A stretch of 64,000 nucleotides of DNA from Chloroflexota bacterium (lineage in GTDB: Bacteria; Chloroflexota; Dehalococcoidia; Lucifugimonadales; UBA3495): the NCBI GenBank assembly GCA_027623815.1, contig JAQBUV010000002.1, forward strand, positions 16,633-80,632, read 5' to 3'. Shown here one piece after another: positions 45,689 to 54,758 of this stretch. A model generated the notes under the pieces. It was not told the DNA's origin. It was given only the letters and a program-made list of their open reading frames with translations, and made no database searches. Both the position numbers and the translations under genes were made by a program. Numbering within the stretch: position 1 is the first letter of the stretch; every line of letters starts with the position of its first letter.

Positions 45689-46234
45689 TTATGGGGTCGA
45701 GGCTACTGCTGGCGTAGGTGATCTGCCCAGACGGCGGGCAATTTCTACCTCTGGGTCGCGCAACTGGCGCAAGGCTTCTAATGTAGCGGCCGCGATGTTG
45801 ATCGGGTTGCGTGAGCCTAGAGACTTGCCCACGACGTCCCGGACTCCACCCAGTTCAAGAATGGCGCGCATTGTTCCGGCGGCGATAATACCGGTGCCAA
45901 CTCTGGCAGGTTTAATCACAACAATAGAAGCGCCAACTTTCATGGTAATCTCGTGGGGAATACTGCTGCCCTTCAGCGGGATTTTCACCATGCCACGACG
46001 GGCGATAGCATTGCCTTTCCGTACGGCATCGGGAATGACCAGGGATTTGCCCATGCCCGCTCCCACATTGCCTTCGCCGTCTCCCACCACTACCAGAGCG
46101 TTAAAGCGCAGCCGACGGCCGCCTTTGACTACTTTGGCGATACGGCGGGTAAACACCACTCGCTCAGTAAATTTGGAGGCTTCTTCGTCCCGAAACCGGC
46201 CTCCTCGGGGTCTGCTACTTTGCTGATAAACCAT
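45689..46234 (-). CDS. rpsE: 30S ribosomal protein S5 (uS5)
   Basis: 'RRIAKVVKGGRRLRFNALVVVGDGEGNVGAGMGK' and 'GTGIIAAGTMRAILELGGVRDV'. Confidence 0.95.
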   Translation of the reverse strand: MVYQQSSRPRGGRFRDEEASKFTERVVFTRRIAKVVKGGRRLRFNALVVVGDGEGNVGAGMGKSLVIPDAVRKGNAIARRGMVKIPLKGSSIPHEITMKVGASIVVIKPARVGTGIIAAGTMRAILELGGVRDVVGKSLGSRNPINIAAATLEALRQLRDPEVEIARRLGRSPTPAVASTP

Positions 46235-46590
46235 TAGAACTTTAGCCCTCCTTCTCTGGCGGCTTCGGCGAGGGCCTTCACCCTACCGTGGTATTTATAT
46301 CCACCCCGGTCAAACACCACCTGAGTAATTCCCTGGGCCAAGGCTCGTTCCGCCACCAGTTTACCCACCACCGCAGATACGCCGGTTTTGGTCAGGGCTG
46401 ATTTCTCCGCCTCTAGGCTGGAGGCAGCGGCCAATGTGCGCCCCTGGGAGTCATCAATCACTTGGGCGTAGATCGCCTTCAGGCTGCGGAATACGCAGAG
46501 CCTAGGCTGTTCTGGATTGCCCCTGACCTTTTTGCGAACTCTAAGGTGTCGAACAATCCTGAGATGTCGTGAATTTTTATCCTTTGGCAT
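46234..46590 (-). CDS. rplR: 50S ribosomal protein L18 (uL18)
   Basis: '[18 protein letters not shown]' and '[27 protein letters not shown]'. Confidence 0.95.
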   Translation of the reverse strand: MPKDKNSRHLRIVRHLRVRKKVRGNPEQPRLCVFRSLKAIYAQVIDDSQGRTLAAASSLEAEKSALTKTGVSAVVGKLVAERALAQGITQVVFDRGGYKYHGRVKALAEAAREGGLKF

Positions 46591-46622
46591 TCCGGTATGT
46601 ACCTTATCTTCTTAAACTAATA

Positions 46623-47213
46623 CTAAGCTTTGCGGGCCGCAGACTTGCCGGGCTTGTAGCGGAGCACTTCGCCTGCGTACCTGATACCCTTTTCTTTATA
46701 GACATTGGGCCGGCGCACCTTCCTGATCTGAGCCGCCTGAGCCCCTACCTTTTGTTTGTCAATGCCACTAACGTGAACCCGGTTGTTGCCTTCAACACGC
46801 AGGGTCACTCCCTCTAAAGGCGGAATCCCAACGGTATGGCTGTAACCTACGCTGAGAGTTATCCCATCTCCGGTCTGTTGTACCCGATATCCCACACCCA
46901 TCAACTCCATCGTCTTGTTGTAACCGTCGGTGACTCCGGTGATAGCGTTAGCAATCAGGCTGCGAGTCAGTCCGTGCAAAGAACGGTGGAATTTGCGGTC
47001 GGACATCCTTTCCACCAGGATCTGACCATCCGCGAGCCGGACTTTAACTTCAGGATGATAGGTTTGGGTTAACGTGCCCTTCGGCCCTTTTACCGTCACG
47101 CCGTTCCAGAGGATCTGAACCTCAACCCCTGACGGAACTGGTATCGGTTTTCGGCCCACTCTGGATTGGGTGCGTTCGGCTAAATCTTCCCGTACGAATG
47201 CGCTACCAGACAT
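46623..47213 (-). CDS. rplF: 50S ribosomal protein L6 (uL6)
   Basis: 'SRVGRKPIPVPSGVEV' and 'GVGYRV'. I chose the ATG at 47213 because the ORF-track start at 47234 is a TTG with no spaced RBS. The start remains uncertain. Confidence 0.85.
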   Translation of the reverse strand: MSGSAFVREDLAERTQSRVGRKPIPVPSGVEVQILWNGVTVKGPKGTLTQTYHPEVKVRLADGQILVERMSDRKFHRSLHGLTRSLIANAITGVTDGYNKTMELMGVGYRVQQTGDGITLSVGYSHTVGIPPLEGVTLRVEGNNRVHVSGIDKQKVGAQAAQIRKVRRPNVYKEKGIRYAGEVLRYKPGKSAARKA

Positions 47214-47601
47214 AACAGAGTAACTCTCCTCCAACTCCGGTGCGCCATGCCTGGTGACCGGTCATTACTCCCCGCGAAGTAGAGACAATCGCGGTCCCGA
47301 TTCCTCCATAGATGCGGGGTATCTCGCCCTTTCCTACGTATACTCGCAATCCTGGCTTGCTGACCCGTTTCAGACCGCGAATGGCTGACTCCCGTCCCGT
47401 GCGATATGACATATGCAAGCGCAGATTGGGATATGCTTGGCCACGAGGTATATCAAAGTCACGAATATAGCCCTGGTCCTTCAAAAGCTGGGCAATAGAA
47501 AGCTTCAGCTTTGAATGCGGCACCAGAACCGAATCGTGGCGGGCTTGTATCCCGTTGCGAATCCTGGTCAACATATCTGCTACTGGGTCGGTGACTGGCA
47601 T
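47203..47601 (-). CDS. rpsH: 30S ribosomal protein S8 (uS8)
   Basis: 'DPVADMLTRIRNGIQARH' and 'GGIGTAIVSTSRGVMT'. Confidence 0.95.
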   Translation of the reverse strand: MPVTDPVADMLTRIRNGIQARHDSVLVPHSKLKLSIAQLLKDQGYIRDFDIPRGQAYPNLRLHMSYRTGRESAIRGLKRVSKPGLRVYVGKGEIPRIYGGIGTAIVSTSRGVMTGHQAWRTGVGGELLCYVW

Positions 47602-47638
47602 CCTAACTCCTGCTCTGCTCGAGCGGTTCTAAAATCTG

Positions 47639-47824
47639 CTACCAACTGGCTTTGCGTACGCCGGGCAATTCTCCGTTCAACGCCAGTTGCCTGAAGCATA
47701 TTCGGCAAAGCCCGGTATACCGATTATAGGCCCGGGGCCGACCGCACCGGTTGCACCGGTTGTAGGCTCGGCTTGGGTACTTTGGCTCTTTGAGCCACCG
47801 TTGGATCATCGACGTTTTGGCCAA
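47639..47824 (-). CDS. rpsZ: 30S ribosomal protein S14 type Z (zinc form, 61 aa)
   Basis: '[38 protein letters not shown]'. Confidence 0.95.
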   Translation of the reverse strand: MAKTSMIQRWLKEPKYPSRAYNRCNRCGRPRAYNRYTGLCRICFRQLALNGELPGVRKASW

Positions 47825-47838
47825 AGGTCCTGTCCTCC

Positions 47839-48726
47839 TTAACTCTGCCGAACAAAAGGCATACCGAACAGCTCTAGCAGGCGGGTGGCCTCGGCATCGT
47901 TCTCGGCGCTAGTAGCAATTGTCACCTGCAATCCGCGAATCCGATCGATATCGTTGTATTCGATCTCTGGAAAAATAATCTGCTCACGTATGCCAATCGA
48001 GAAATTGCCGCGCCCATCGAATCCACGGCGGGGTAGTCCCCGAAAGTCACGGATACGAGGCAAGGCTGTATTTATCAAACGGTCTAAAAAGTGATACATG
48101 CGTGCGCCGCGCAAGGTGACCGATGTGCCGATTGGGTTGCCCTCGCGCAGTTTGAAATTGGCTATGGACTTTCTGGCGCGGGTAATAATCGGCTTCTGGC
48201 CGGTAACGATAGTCAGGTCATTGGTGGCGGCTTCCATCGCCCGTCCATTGGTCAACGCTTCACCCAACCCAATATTCAACACAATCTTTTGAACGCGAGG
48301 CACTCGCATCAAATTGACGAAACTAAACTCGGTCATCATAGCGGGCACAATTTCGCTGCGGTACGTGTCCAACAGACGCGGCTTCGGAGTAGCTCTCTGA
48401 GCTGCGGTTATCTCTGCTACCGCACCTGAACCTCGACGAGCACGCGGTGCGGCCGCTCTCTGCCGCTGCGGAGTTGGCTCGGCGGGTGTTTCTTCCTGCC
48501 CAGTAGCTTCTTCGGCGGGCTGCTGTTCGGTTGGTTCTGCCTGACCCTCGGGTGTCTCGGTTACATCGGCGACGGCTCGACGAGCGCGCGGCGCCCTCTG
48601 CCTTCGAGGGGCAGTTTCAGCGACTGGTTGTTCCTGCCCAGCGGTTTCCTGGATAACTTCCTGGGCGGGCTGTTCTTCGGTGCTTCCTGCTTGACCCTCA
48701 GTTGGGTCACTGGCTGACGTCATCAA
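47839..48726 (-). CDS. rplE: 50S ribosomal protein L5 (uL5) with a ~115-aa acidic/Pro-rich N-terminal extension
   Basis: The core starts at '[42 protein letters not shown]'. The ORF stays open 5' of it up to an ATG that overlaps the rplX stop by 20 nt, and the extension contains an internal repeat. Confidence 0.85.
   Translation of the reverse strand: MMTSASDPTEGQAGSTEEQPAQEVIQETAGQEQPVAETAPRRQRAPRARRAVADVTETPEGQAEPTEQQPAEEATGQEETPAEPTPQRQRAAAPRARRGSGAVAEITAAQRATPKPRLLDTYRSEIVPAMMTEFSFVNLMRVPRVQKIVLNIGLGEALTNGRAMEAATNDLTIVTGQKPIITRARKSIANFKLREGNPIGTSVTLRGARMYHFLDRLINTALPRIRDFRGLPRRGFDGRGNFSIGIREQIIFPEIEYNDIDRIRGLQVTIATSAENDAEATRLLELFGMPFVRQS
48436..48711. repeat. Imperfect tandem duplication (~138-150 bp unit) inside the rplE 5' extension
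   Basis: TTCCTGCCCAG recurs at 48493 and 48631 (138-nt offset). At the protein level '[37 protein letters not shown]' parallels '[39 protein letters not shown]'. Confidence 0.8.
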
Positions 48727-49030
48727 TCACTTCCTTGCACTTGGGACAGGCTCTCACCCTGGAGCCGTCTTCCAGCTTCATAGTGTTGGGCCTGGTTGGT
48801 CGGCTGCACTTGTTGCAAATTAGCATTACGTTGGAGATATGAACGGGCGCTTCCTGCTGTATTCTACCCGACTGACGAACACCAGGACGCGCCTTGATGT
48901 GCCGGGTTATCATATTGACACCCTCAACAACTACCCGGTTTTCGTCAACCAACTGCCGGTCTACACGGCCAGTCTTGCCCTTCTCTTTGCCAGCGATCAC
49001 CAGCACATTATCGTTGCGGCGTATTTTCAC
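48707..49030 (-). CDS. rplX: 50S ribosomal protein L24 (uL24) with a four-Cys C-terminal hairpin
   Basis: 'KIRRNDNVLVIAGKEKGKTGRV' (KOW) and 'EAPVHISNVMLI', then 'CNKC...CPKC'. Confidence 0.95.
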   Translation of the reverse strand: MKIRRNDNVLVIAGKEKGKTGRVDRQLVDENRVVVEGVNMITRHIKARPGVRQSGRIQQEAPVHISNVMLICNKCSRPTRPNTMKLEDGSRVRACPKCKEVIDDVSQ

Positions 49031-49398
49031 TAGACCACCTCTGGGGCCAGAGAAACGATACGCATAAACCCTTTTTCCCGCAACTCACGGGCCACCGGGC
49101 CAAATATGCGCGTGCCTCTGGGCAGCAGGTTGTCCTGAATGATAACCGCCGCATTGTCGTCAAACTTAATGTAGGTGCCGTCGGGCCTCAGTAGTCCTTG
49201 AGCCTGGCGTACAACTACTGCCTTGACTATTGAACCTTTTCTGACTGGGGAGTTTGGCGCCGCCTCTCGTACATTGCAGACTATGATGTCGCCGACCTGA
49301 GCGAACTTCCGCTGGCTGGAACCGGGAATGTTAATCAGCCGGATACGCTTGGCCCCGCTGTTGTCGGCCACATTTAGCCGAGTAAAAGTCTGGATCAT
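49030..49398 (-). CDS. rplN: 50S ribosomal protein L14 (uL14)
   Basis: '[22 protein letters not shown]' and 'RFDDNAAV'-type '[10 protein letters not shown]'. Confidence 0.95.
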   Translation of the reverse strand: MIQTFTRLNVADNSGAKRIRLINIPGSSQRKFAQVGDIIVCNVREAAPNSPVRKGSIVKAVVVRQAQGLLRPDGTYIKFDDNAAVIIQDNLLPRGTRIFGPVARELREKGFMRIVSLAPEVV

Positions 49399-49790
49399 TC
49401 TTCGGTATCCTCGTCTTCGTCACCGTCATCCACCTCGACGCCCTCAGACGTGGCGTTCAGAGGAGCCTCTGCCAACGCCTCGCCGGTCATCACCGGGGTG
49501 ATCTCGGTTTCCAATTCAATGGGGCTTACGTCGGCCAACTGCTTATTCTGGAGGATCTCCAACAACCGCCAGTGCTTGGTTTTGGAAATGGGACGGGTTT
49601 CTTCAATACGTACCGTATCACCTATTTTGCATTGGCTCTCTGGGTCATGCACGTACATTCGGGCTACCCTACGCATCTGCTTACTGTAAAGAGTATGGCG
49701 TTGCTTCCATACCATTTCGACCACTGCGGTCTTGTCCATTTTGGTCCGCACTACCGAGCCAATCCGGACTTTGCGCATTTCTTTAGCCAT
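49395..49790 (-). CDS. rpsQ: 30S ribosomal protein S17 (uS17) with an acidic C-terminal extension
   Basis: '[41 protein letters not shown]' and '[17 protein letters not shown]'. About 45 extra residues follow, ending in '[11 protein letters not shown]'. Confidence 0.9.
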   Translation of the reverse strand: MAKEMRKVRIGSVVRTKMDKTAVVEMVWKQRHTLYSKQMRRVARMYVHDPESQCKIGDTVRIEETRPISKTKHWRLLEILQNKQLADVSPIELETEITPVMTGEALAEAPLNATSEGVEVDDGDEDEDTEE

Positions 49791-49792
49791 AA

Positions 49793-49990
49793 CTAGTTCT
49801 CTACCTGCCCTCTTTCCTGAATTACGGTCAACAAGCGGGCGATGCTCCTACGAGTCCTCTTGGGTTGGTTCGTGTCGGTGAGTTGGTTAGTAGCTGCCCG
49901 AAAGCGCAGGCCCATCAACTCTTTGTAGGAACTCTCCAACTCTTCTTGCAATTGCTGATTGCTCAGGTCTCTTATCTCGTGGATCTGCAT
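49793..49990 (-). CDS. rpmC: 50S ribosomal protein L29 (uL29)
   Basis: 'IRDLSNQQLQEELESSYKELMGLRFRAATNQL'. Confidence 0.9.
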   Translation of the reverse strand: MQIHEIRDLSNQQLQEELESSYKELMGLRFRAATNQLTDTNQPKRTRRSIARLLTVIQERGQVEN

Positions 49991-49999
49991 AATCTACCT

Positions 50000-50440
50000 C
50001 TACCCCGTTCCCCCGCTGGTCAGCGCTGCCACCCGGTCCCGCTGGACGGCCTTGGTAGGAATTGGCAACTTGTGGGAGGCCAATCTCAAGGCGGCATACG
50101 CCTGCTCAGCTGGCACGCCGCCCACTTCAAACAGAATGCGTCCGGGCTTGACCACCGCCACCCAGTGGTCGTTGGCAGCTTTTCCGCCTCCCATGCGGAC
50201 TTCAGCCGGCTTCTTGCTAATTGGTTTGTCGGGGAATACCCGAATCCAAACCTGCCCACCCCTCTGGAGATGGCGGGTAATGGCGATACGAGCGGACTCA
50301 ATCTGACGGGCTGAAATCCAATCGCAGGCCATCGCCTTTAAACCGAATTCGCCGAAATCCACGGTGCTGCCGGTGGTCGCCGTGCCCTTGCGCCGGCCGC
50401 GGCCCATCTTTCGGTACTTGGTTCGCTTTGGTTGTAACAT
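50000..50440 (-). CDS. rplP: 50S ribosomal protein L16 (uL16)
   Basis: '[19 protein letters not shown]' and '[25 protein letters not shown]'. Confidence 0.95.
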   Translation of the reverse strand: MLQPKRTKYRKMGRGRRKGTATTGSTVDFGEFGLKAMACDWISARQIESARIAITRHLQRGGQVWIRVFPDKPISKKPAEVRMGGGKAANDHWVAVVKPGRILFEVGGVPAEQAYAALRLASHKLPIPTKAVQRDRVAALTSGGTG

Positions 50441-50452
50441 GGGATTGTCCTT

Positions 50453-51208
50453 CTAAGGTAGATCGTCGGCGACAATGTCGTCGACATAGGTGCCGGTCTC
50501 CAGTTCTTCTTCGCCGCCTTGCACCCGAACTTCAATGGTATCCATTTCTTCCACTGCTTCAGGCGGCGGAGGTAGTATCTCGCCCTTGTAAATCCAGACC
50601 TTGATGCCGATGCGCCCCATCGCGGTACCGGCTTCGGCCAACGCGTAATCGATGTCTGCCCTCAGGGTGTGCAAAGGCACGCGACCCAGCATCAGCTTTT
50701 CAGTACGGGCTATTTCCGCGCCGGAAAGACGCCCCTTGGCAATGATCTTGATCCCCTGCGCTCCGGCTTGCATTGCTCGCTGTCCCGCTTGGCGCATGGC
50801 CCGGCGGTAAGCTACCCGACGTTGTAACTGGTCGGCGATGCTGCGGCCCACCAAGAAGGGGTCAAGCTCGGGCTGTTCAATTTCAATAATGTTAAGCTGC
50901 ACCCGACGGGCGGTGATCGATTCCAGTTTGGTGCGAAGTTGCTTGACTCGCTCGCCATCTCGCCCAATCAAAATGCCGGGGCGGGCGGAATGGATATTAA
51001 TAACGCTATCCTGAGCGCCCCGGTCAATCTCGACCTTGGCGATTCCGGCATCGGCAAAGCCGTTGTACTCGTCGTAGACGCACTTGCGCAATTTCAAGTC
51101 TTCCGTGACGAAGTTCCGGTAGCCGCTGGCGTTGTTTGCGTACCAATGAGTCTTCCAGTCCTTGATTATTCCCAGACGGAACCCTAAGGGATGGGTTTTG
51201 TGACCCAT
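50453..51208 (-). CDS. rpsC: 30S ribosomal protein S3 (uS3)
   Basis: 'MGHKTHPLGFRLGIIKDW' and the KH domain 'IHSARPGILIGRDGERVKQL'. Confidence 0.95.
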   Translation of the reverse strand: MGHKTHPLGFRLGIIKDWKTHWYANNASGYRNFVTEDLKLRKCVYDEYNGFADAGIAKVEIDRGAQDSVINIHSARPGILIGRDGERVKQLRTKLESITARRVQLNIIEIEQPELDPFLVGRSIADQLQRRVAYRRAMRQAGQRAMQAGAQGIKIIAKGRLSGAEIARTEKLMLGRVPLHTLRADIDYALAEAGTAMGRIGIKVWIYKGEILPPPPEAVEEMDTIEVRVQGGEEELETGTYVDDIVADDLP

Positions 51209-51211
51209 AGA

Positions 51212-51559
51212 CTACAACTCCTGTCTTGCTTCGTCCACCACCACGGTGATGTGGCTGGAGCGTTTGGTTATCCGGCCAATGCGTCCCCTGGCTCGAGGTC
51301 GGAACCGTTTGAGCGGCTTGGACTGATCGGCGGTGATCCGCACTATTCGAAGACTATCTCGATCCATCAGCATGTTGTTCTCGGCGTTGGCCGCCGCCGA
51401 TTTCACTACGTTGGCGACAACCTTGGCCCAAGGGGAGGTCAGCAGGCTTAGAGTGTCCATGGCGGCACTCACATCACGGCCTCGTACCAGGTCAAGAATT
51501 GGTTTTAAACGTTTGGGTGATGCGCCGACTTGCTTGGCGACCGCCTGAACTGCTGGCAT
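51212..51559 (-). CDS. rplV: 50S ribosomal protein L22 (uL22)
   Basis: 'SPKRLKPILDLVRGRDV' and 'KRFRPRARGRIGRITKRSSHITVVV'. Confidence 0.95.
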   Translation of the reverse strand: MPAVQAVAKQVGASPKRLKPILDLVRGRDVSAAMDTLSLLTSPWAKVVANVVKSAAANAENNMLMDRDSLRIVRITADQSKPLKRFRPRARGRIGRITKRSSHITVVVDEARQEL

Positions 51560-51563
51560 CGCT

Positions 51564-51851
51564 CTACCTCACTACTCGGCTGGTGCGCTCTGAACGAGAC
51601 ACATGCCCACGGAAGGTTCTGGTGGGTGCAAATTCCCCCAAGCGATGACCGACCATGTTTTCGCTAACGAACACCGGTATATGACGGCGCCCGTCATGAA
51701 CGCCCATGGTCAGCCCCACCATGTCGGGCATAATCATAGAGGCGCGAGACCAAGTGCGAATCACGGTTTGAACGCCGGCACGCTGGGCTGCTTCCACTTT
51801 TTTCATTAATTTTGCTTGGACGTATGGGCCTTTTTTGATCGATCTGGACAT
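51564..51851 (-). CDS. rpsS: 30S ribosomal protein S19 (uS19)
   Basis: '[11 protein letters not shown]' and '[38 protein letters not shown]'. Confidence 0.95.
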   Translation of the reverse strand: MSRSIKKGPYVQAKLMKKVEAAQRAGVQTVIRTWSRASMIMPDMVGLTMGVHDGRRHIPVFVSENMVGHRLGEFAPTRTFRGHVSRSERTSRVVR

Positions 51852-51856
51852 ATGGA

Positions 51857-52687
51857 CTACTTTCTTCTTCCGCGAACTATAAAGTTTCGGGAAACCTTCT
51901 TTTTGCTTCTGGTCTTGTGGCCCAAGGTAGGCTTTCCGGTGGGCGACTTGGGCCCGGTCATCCCGATGGGCGACCGGCCTTCACCGCCGCCGTGAGGATG
52001 GTCTACTGGGTTTTTGGCTACGCCTCTGACTTGAGGGCGGCGGCCCAGGTGCCGGGTGCGTCCTGCTTTGCCCAAGCTTTCGTTCTTATGGTCTTGGTTG
52101 GAAAGCTGGCCAATGCTGGCTCGGCAGTTCAATAGTATGCGCCGCATCTCGCCCGAAGGCAAGCGAATTAGCACATGCTCGCCCTCCCGCGACAATACCT
52201 GGGCGGAAGACCCCGCGCTGCGTACCATCTGTCCACCGCGATCCGGGGTCAACTCCACGTTGTGGACCACCGTTCCAGTTGGTATGTTTTTCAACTGAAG
52301 GGAGTTTCCAGGTTTGATTTCCGCTTCGGGGCCTGCCTGAACCCAGTCATCCACCGACAAACCGATGGGAGCCAGAATATAGCTCTTCTCGCCGTCGGCG
52401 TAGAAAATCAAGGCAATTCGAGTAGTCCGGTTAGGGTCGTACTCAATAGAAACAACTCGACCGGGCACCCCTTCCTTGCGCCGTTTGAAGTCAACCATGC
52501 GGTACATCCGGCGAGGGCCGCCACCGCGACTCCGTGTCGTTATTCTGCCACGGTTATTCCTGCCAGCGTGCTTGGTCAGCGGGGCTAGCAGAGACTCCTC
52601 CGGCTTGGTGCGGGTAATCTCTTCAAAGGAAGGACGAACCGCGTTGCGGGTACCTGGCGTAATCGGTCTTAATTTCTTTAGTGGCAT
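51857..52687 (-). CDS. rplB: 50S ribosomal protein L2 (uL2)
   Basis: '[16 protein letters not shown]', '[14 protein letters not shown]' and '[19 protein letters not shown]'. Confidence 0.95.
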   Translation of the reverse strand: MPLKKLRPITPGTRNAVRPSFEEITRTKPEESLLAPLTKHAGRNNRGRITTRSRGGGPRRMYRMVDFKRRKEGVPGRVVSIEYDPNRTTRIALIFYADGEKSYILAPIGLSVDDWVQAGPEAEIKPGNSLQLKNIPTGTVVHNVELTPDRGGQMVRSAGSSAQVLSREGEHVLIRLPSGEMRRILLNCRASIGQLSNQDHKNESLGKAGRTRHLGRRPQVRGVAKNPVDHPHGGGEGRSPIGMTGPKSPTGKPTLGHKTRSKKKVSRNFIVRGRRK

Positions 52688-52704
52688 AGTAACGTTCCCT
52701 TAAT

Positions 52705-52989
52705 CTACAGCCCTTCGACGAGATTGATTCGGTCTCCCGACTTGAGCGTAACCACCGCTTTCTTAATATCTGGCCTTTTCTTGATACGCGTGCCGTACCG
52801 CTTTCGTTTGCCGTGCAGCATGGTAATGTTGACGTCCAGAACCGTCACATTAAAGTTCTTCTCCACTGCCTCTTTAACCTGCACTTTGTTGGCGGCAGGA
52901 GCAACCTGGAAGGTGTACCTGCCAGATTCTTGAAGCAGTGTGCTTTTCTCGGTGATGGTTGGTTTAAGGAGCACTTGGTATATGTTCAT
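52705..52989 (-). CDS. rplW: 50S ribosomal protein L23 (uL23)
   Basis: 'LLKPTITEKSTLL' and 'YTFQVAPAANKVQVKEAVEKNFNVTVLDVN'. Confidence 0.95.
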   Translation of the reverse strand: MNIYQVLLKPTITEKSTLLQESGRYTFQVAPAANKVQVKEAVEKNFNVTVLDVNITMLHGKRKRYGTRIKKRPDIKKAVVTLKSGDRINLVEGL

Positions 52990-53747
52990 TACTCAGCTGC
53001 CCCTTCGCTTTCAGTACTGGTGGTAGCCCGGGGTCTGCGTCGTGGAGCTGGAGCTTCGGCCACCTCCACCGGAGCCTGCGGTACTACGTTGGCCCAGGGA
53101 CGATGCGATGGCCCTCGGTTGACCCGACCCGTCCAAATCTCCTCTGCTTGCCTGACTGCATCCACTGTCATTATCAGAGTCTCGCGTCGCAGCAGATCGT
53201 TAGCGTTCAGCAGATTGATCGGCATGGTCCAGATGCCCTTGATGTTGTGGGCCGCCAGCACCAGATTGGCGTCGGGCCCGTTGGTAACCACCAACGCCGA
53301 ACTGGAGATGCCCAGATTCTTCAGCAGGCTGACCATTGACCTGGTCTTGCCATCCAGAGTGTCCATGCTATCGACGCAAATCAAATTGCCCCGACGAGCT
53401 TTCTCAGAAAGAACGCACCTGACCGCTTGGCGACGCAGTTGCTTGGGGAGCAATTTGCGGTAGTCGCGGGGATGCGGTCCAAAAACCACGCCGCCGTGAC
53501 GCCATTGGGGTGAGCGGGTGCTACCCTGGCGAGCGCGCCCGGTGTGCTTCTGTATCCAGGGTTTGCGACCGCCGCCGGACACTTCAGCGCGGGTCTTGGT
53601 GGAATGGGTGCCCTGACGCTTATTACCCTGATATATCACTACTACCTGGTGAACCAAGCTCTGGTTCATGGGCGCGTTAAAGACCTCATCGTTCAATTGG
53701 ATGGTGTCTATTGTTTCTCCGTTTTGATTCTTAACTGGGACTTCCAT
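52989..53747 (-). CDS. rplD: 50S ribosomal protein L4 (uL4) with a C-terminal extension
   Basis: 'RQGTHSTKTRAEVSGGGRKPWIQKHTGRARQGSTRSPQWRHGGVVFGP'. About 45 extra Pro/Ala/Arg-rich C-terminal residues follow. Confidence 0.95.
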   Translation of the reverse strand: MEVPVKNQNGETIDTIQLNDEVFNAPMNQSLVHQVVVIYQGNKRQGTHSTKTRAEVSGGGRKPWIQKHTGRARQGSTRSPQWRHGGVVFGPHPRDYRKLLPKQLRRQAVRCVLSEKARRGNLICVDSMDTLDGKTRSMVSLLKNLGISSSALVVTNGPDANLVLAAHNIKGIWTMPINLLNANDLLRRETLIMTVDAVRQAEEIWTGRVNRGPSHRPWANVVPQAPVEVAEAPAPRRRPRATTSTESEGAAE

Positions 53748-53764
53748 AATTTCTCAGAAGGCTC

Positions 53765-54397
53765 CTAACTGCCTGCAGCCACTTTACGAGTTTTTCTAAC
53801 AGTTAGCAGACCGTTGGGCCCGCCGGGCACTGCGCCTTTGACTACCAGCAAATTACGTTCAAGGTCAACCTGCACCACTTCCAAATTCTTGACGGTGATG
53901 CGGACATCTCCCATGTGGCCGGCCATTTTCATTCCCTTGAACACACGGCCGGGAGTGGTGCCGCCGCCAATGGATCCTGGTGCGCGCATTCGGTCGGATT
54001 GACCGTGGGTGCGGTCGCCGCCATGGAAGCCGTGTCGTTTTATAACTCCGGAAAAACCTCTGCCCTTGGAGTTGCCGATGACGTCCACCAATTCGCCCGG
54101 CGTAAAAATATCGACGTTTATTTGCTGGCCAACTTCCAGTTCGCTGCTGTTTTCAGATTTGACTTCCCGCAAAAAGCGGACCATCTTGCTGTTTTTTAGA
54201 TGACCAGCGCGAGGTTTGTTCAATTTTTTGACTTCGTCGAAGCCAATCTGAACCGCTTCATAACCGTCGGTTTCTTTAGTCCTGATTTGGGTGACGAAGC
54301 AGGGGCCAGCTTGGATGACCGTCACCGGCACCACATTCCCGCCCTCTTCGTAGATCTGGGTCATGCCAATTTTCTTACCTAGAAAAGCCCGAAGCAT
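53765..54397 (-). CDS. rplC: 50S ribosomal protein L3 (uL3)
   Basis: '[27 protein letters not shown]' and '[16 protein letters not shown]'. Confidence 0.95.
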   Translation of the reverse strand: MLRAFLGKKIGMTQIYEEGGNVVPVTVIQAGPCFVTQIRTKETDGYEAVQIGFDEVKKLNKPRAGHLKNSKMVRFLREVKSENSSELEVGQQINVDIFTPGELVDVIGNSKGRGFSGVIKRHGFHGGDRTHGQSDRMRAPGSIGGGTTPGRVFKGMKMAGHMGDVRITVKNLEVVQVDLERNLLVVKGAVPGGPNGLLTVRKTRKVAAGS

Positions 54398-54410
54398 TGA
54401 TTACCCCTAA

Positions 54411-54722
54411 CTATAGCTTGATCGAAATATCGACCCCGGCGGGCAAGTTCAGCCGCGTCAGAGAGTCGATGGTCTTGGAGGTAGGTTCCAGGATATCCAC
54501 CAACCGCTTGTGGGTCCTGATCTCAAAATGTTCTCGAGAGTCTTTGTCCACGTGAGGGCCACGAATCACGCAAAAACGCCGGATGTGAGTCGGCAAAGGC
54601 ACCGGGCCAGCAATTCTCGCACCGGTACGTTCTGCTGTTTCCACAATCTGCTCGGTAGATGTGTCCAGTATTTTATGATCGAAGGCCTTGAGGATGATCC
54701 TAACTTTCTGTTTGGTTACCAT
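54411..54722 (-). CDS. rpsJ: 30S ribosomal protein S10 (uS10)
   Basis: '[15 protein letters not shown]' and '[39 protein letters not shown]'. Confidence 0.95.
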   Translation of the reverse strand: MVTKQKVRIILKAFDHKILDTSTEQIVETAERTGARIAGPVPLPTHIRRFCVIRGPHVDKDSREHFEIRTHKRLVDILEPTSKTIDSLTRLNLPAGVDISIKL

Positions 54723-54758
54723 ATTTTTTAATTCTTACCGACACTAAACTTTAGAACA

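Noticed and set aside
45603-46226. 207-aa plus-strand ORF opposite rpsE, and the 216-aa ORF at 52813-53463 opposite rplW/rplD
   Set aside because: They are antisense to universally conserved ribosomal protein genes, with Pro/Arg/Ser/Thr-rich nonsense composition.
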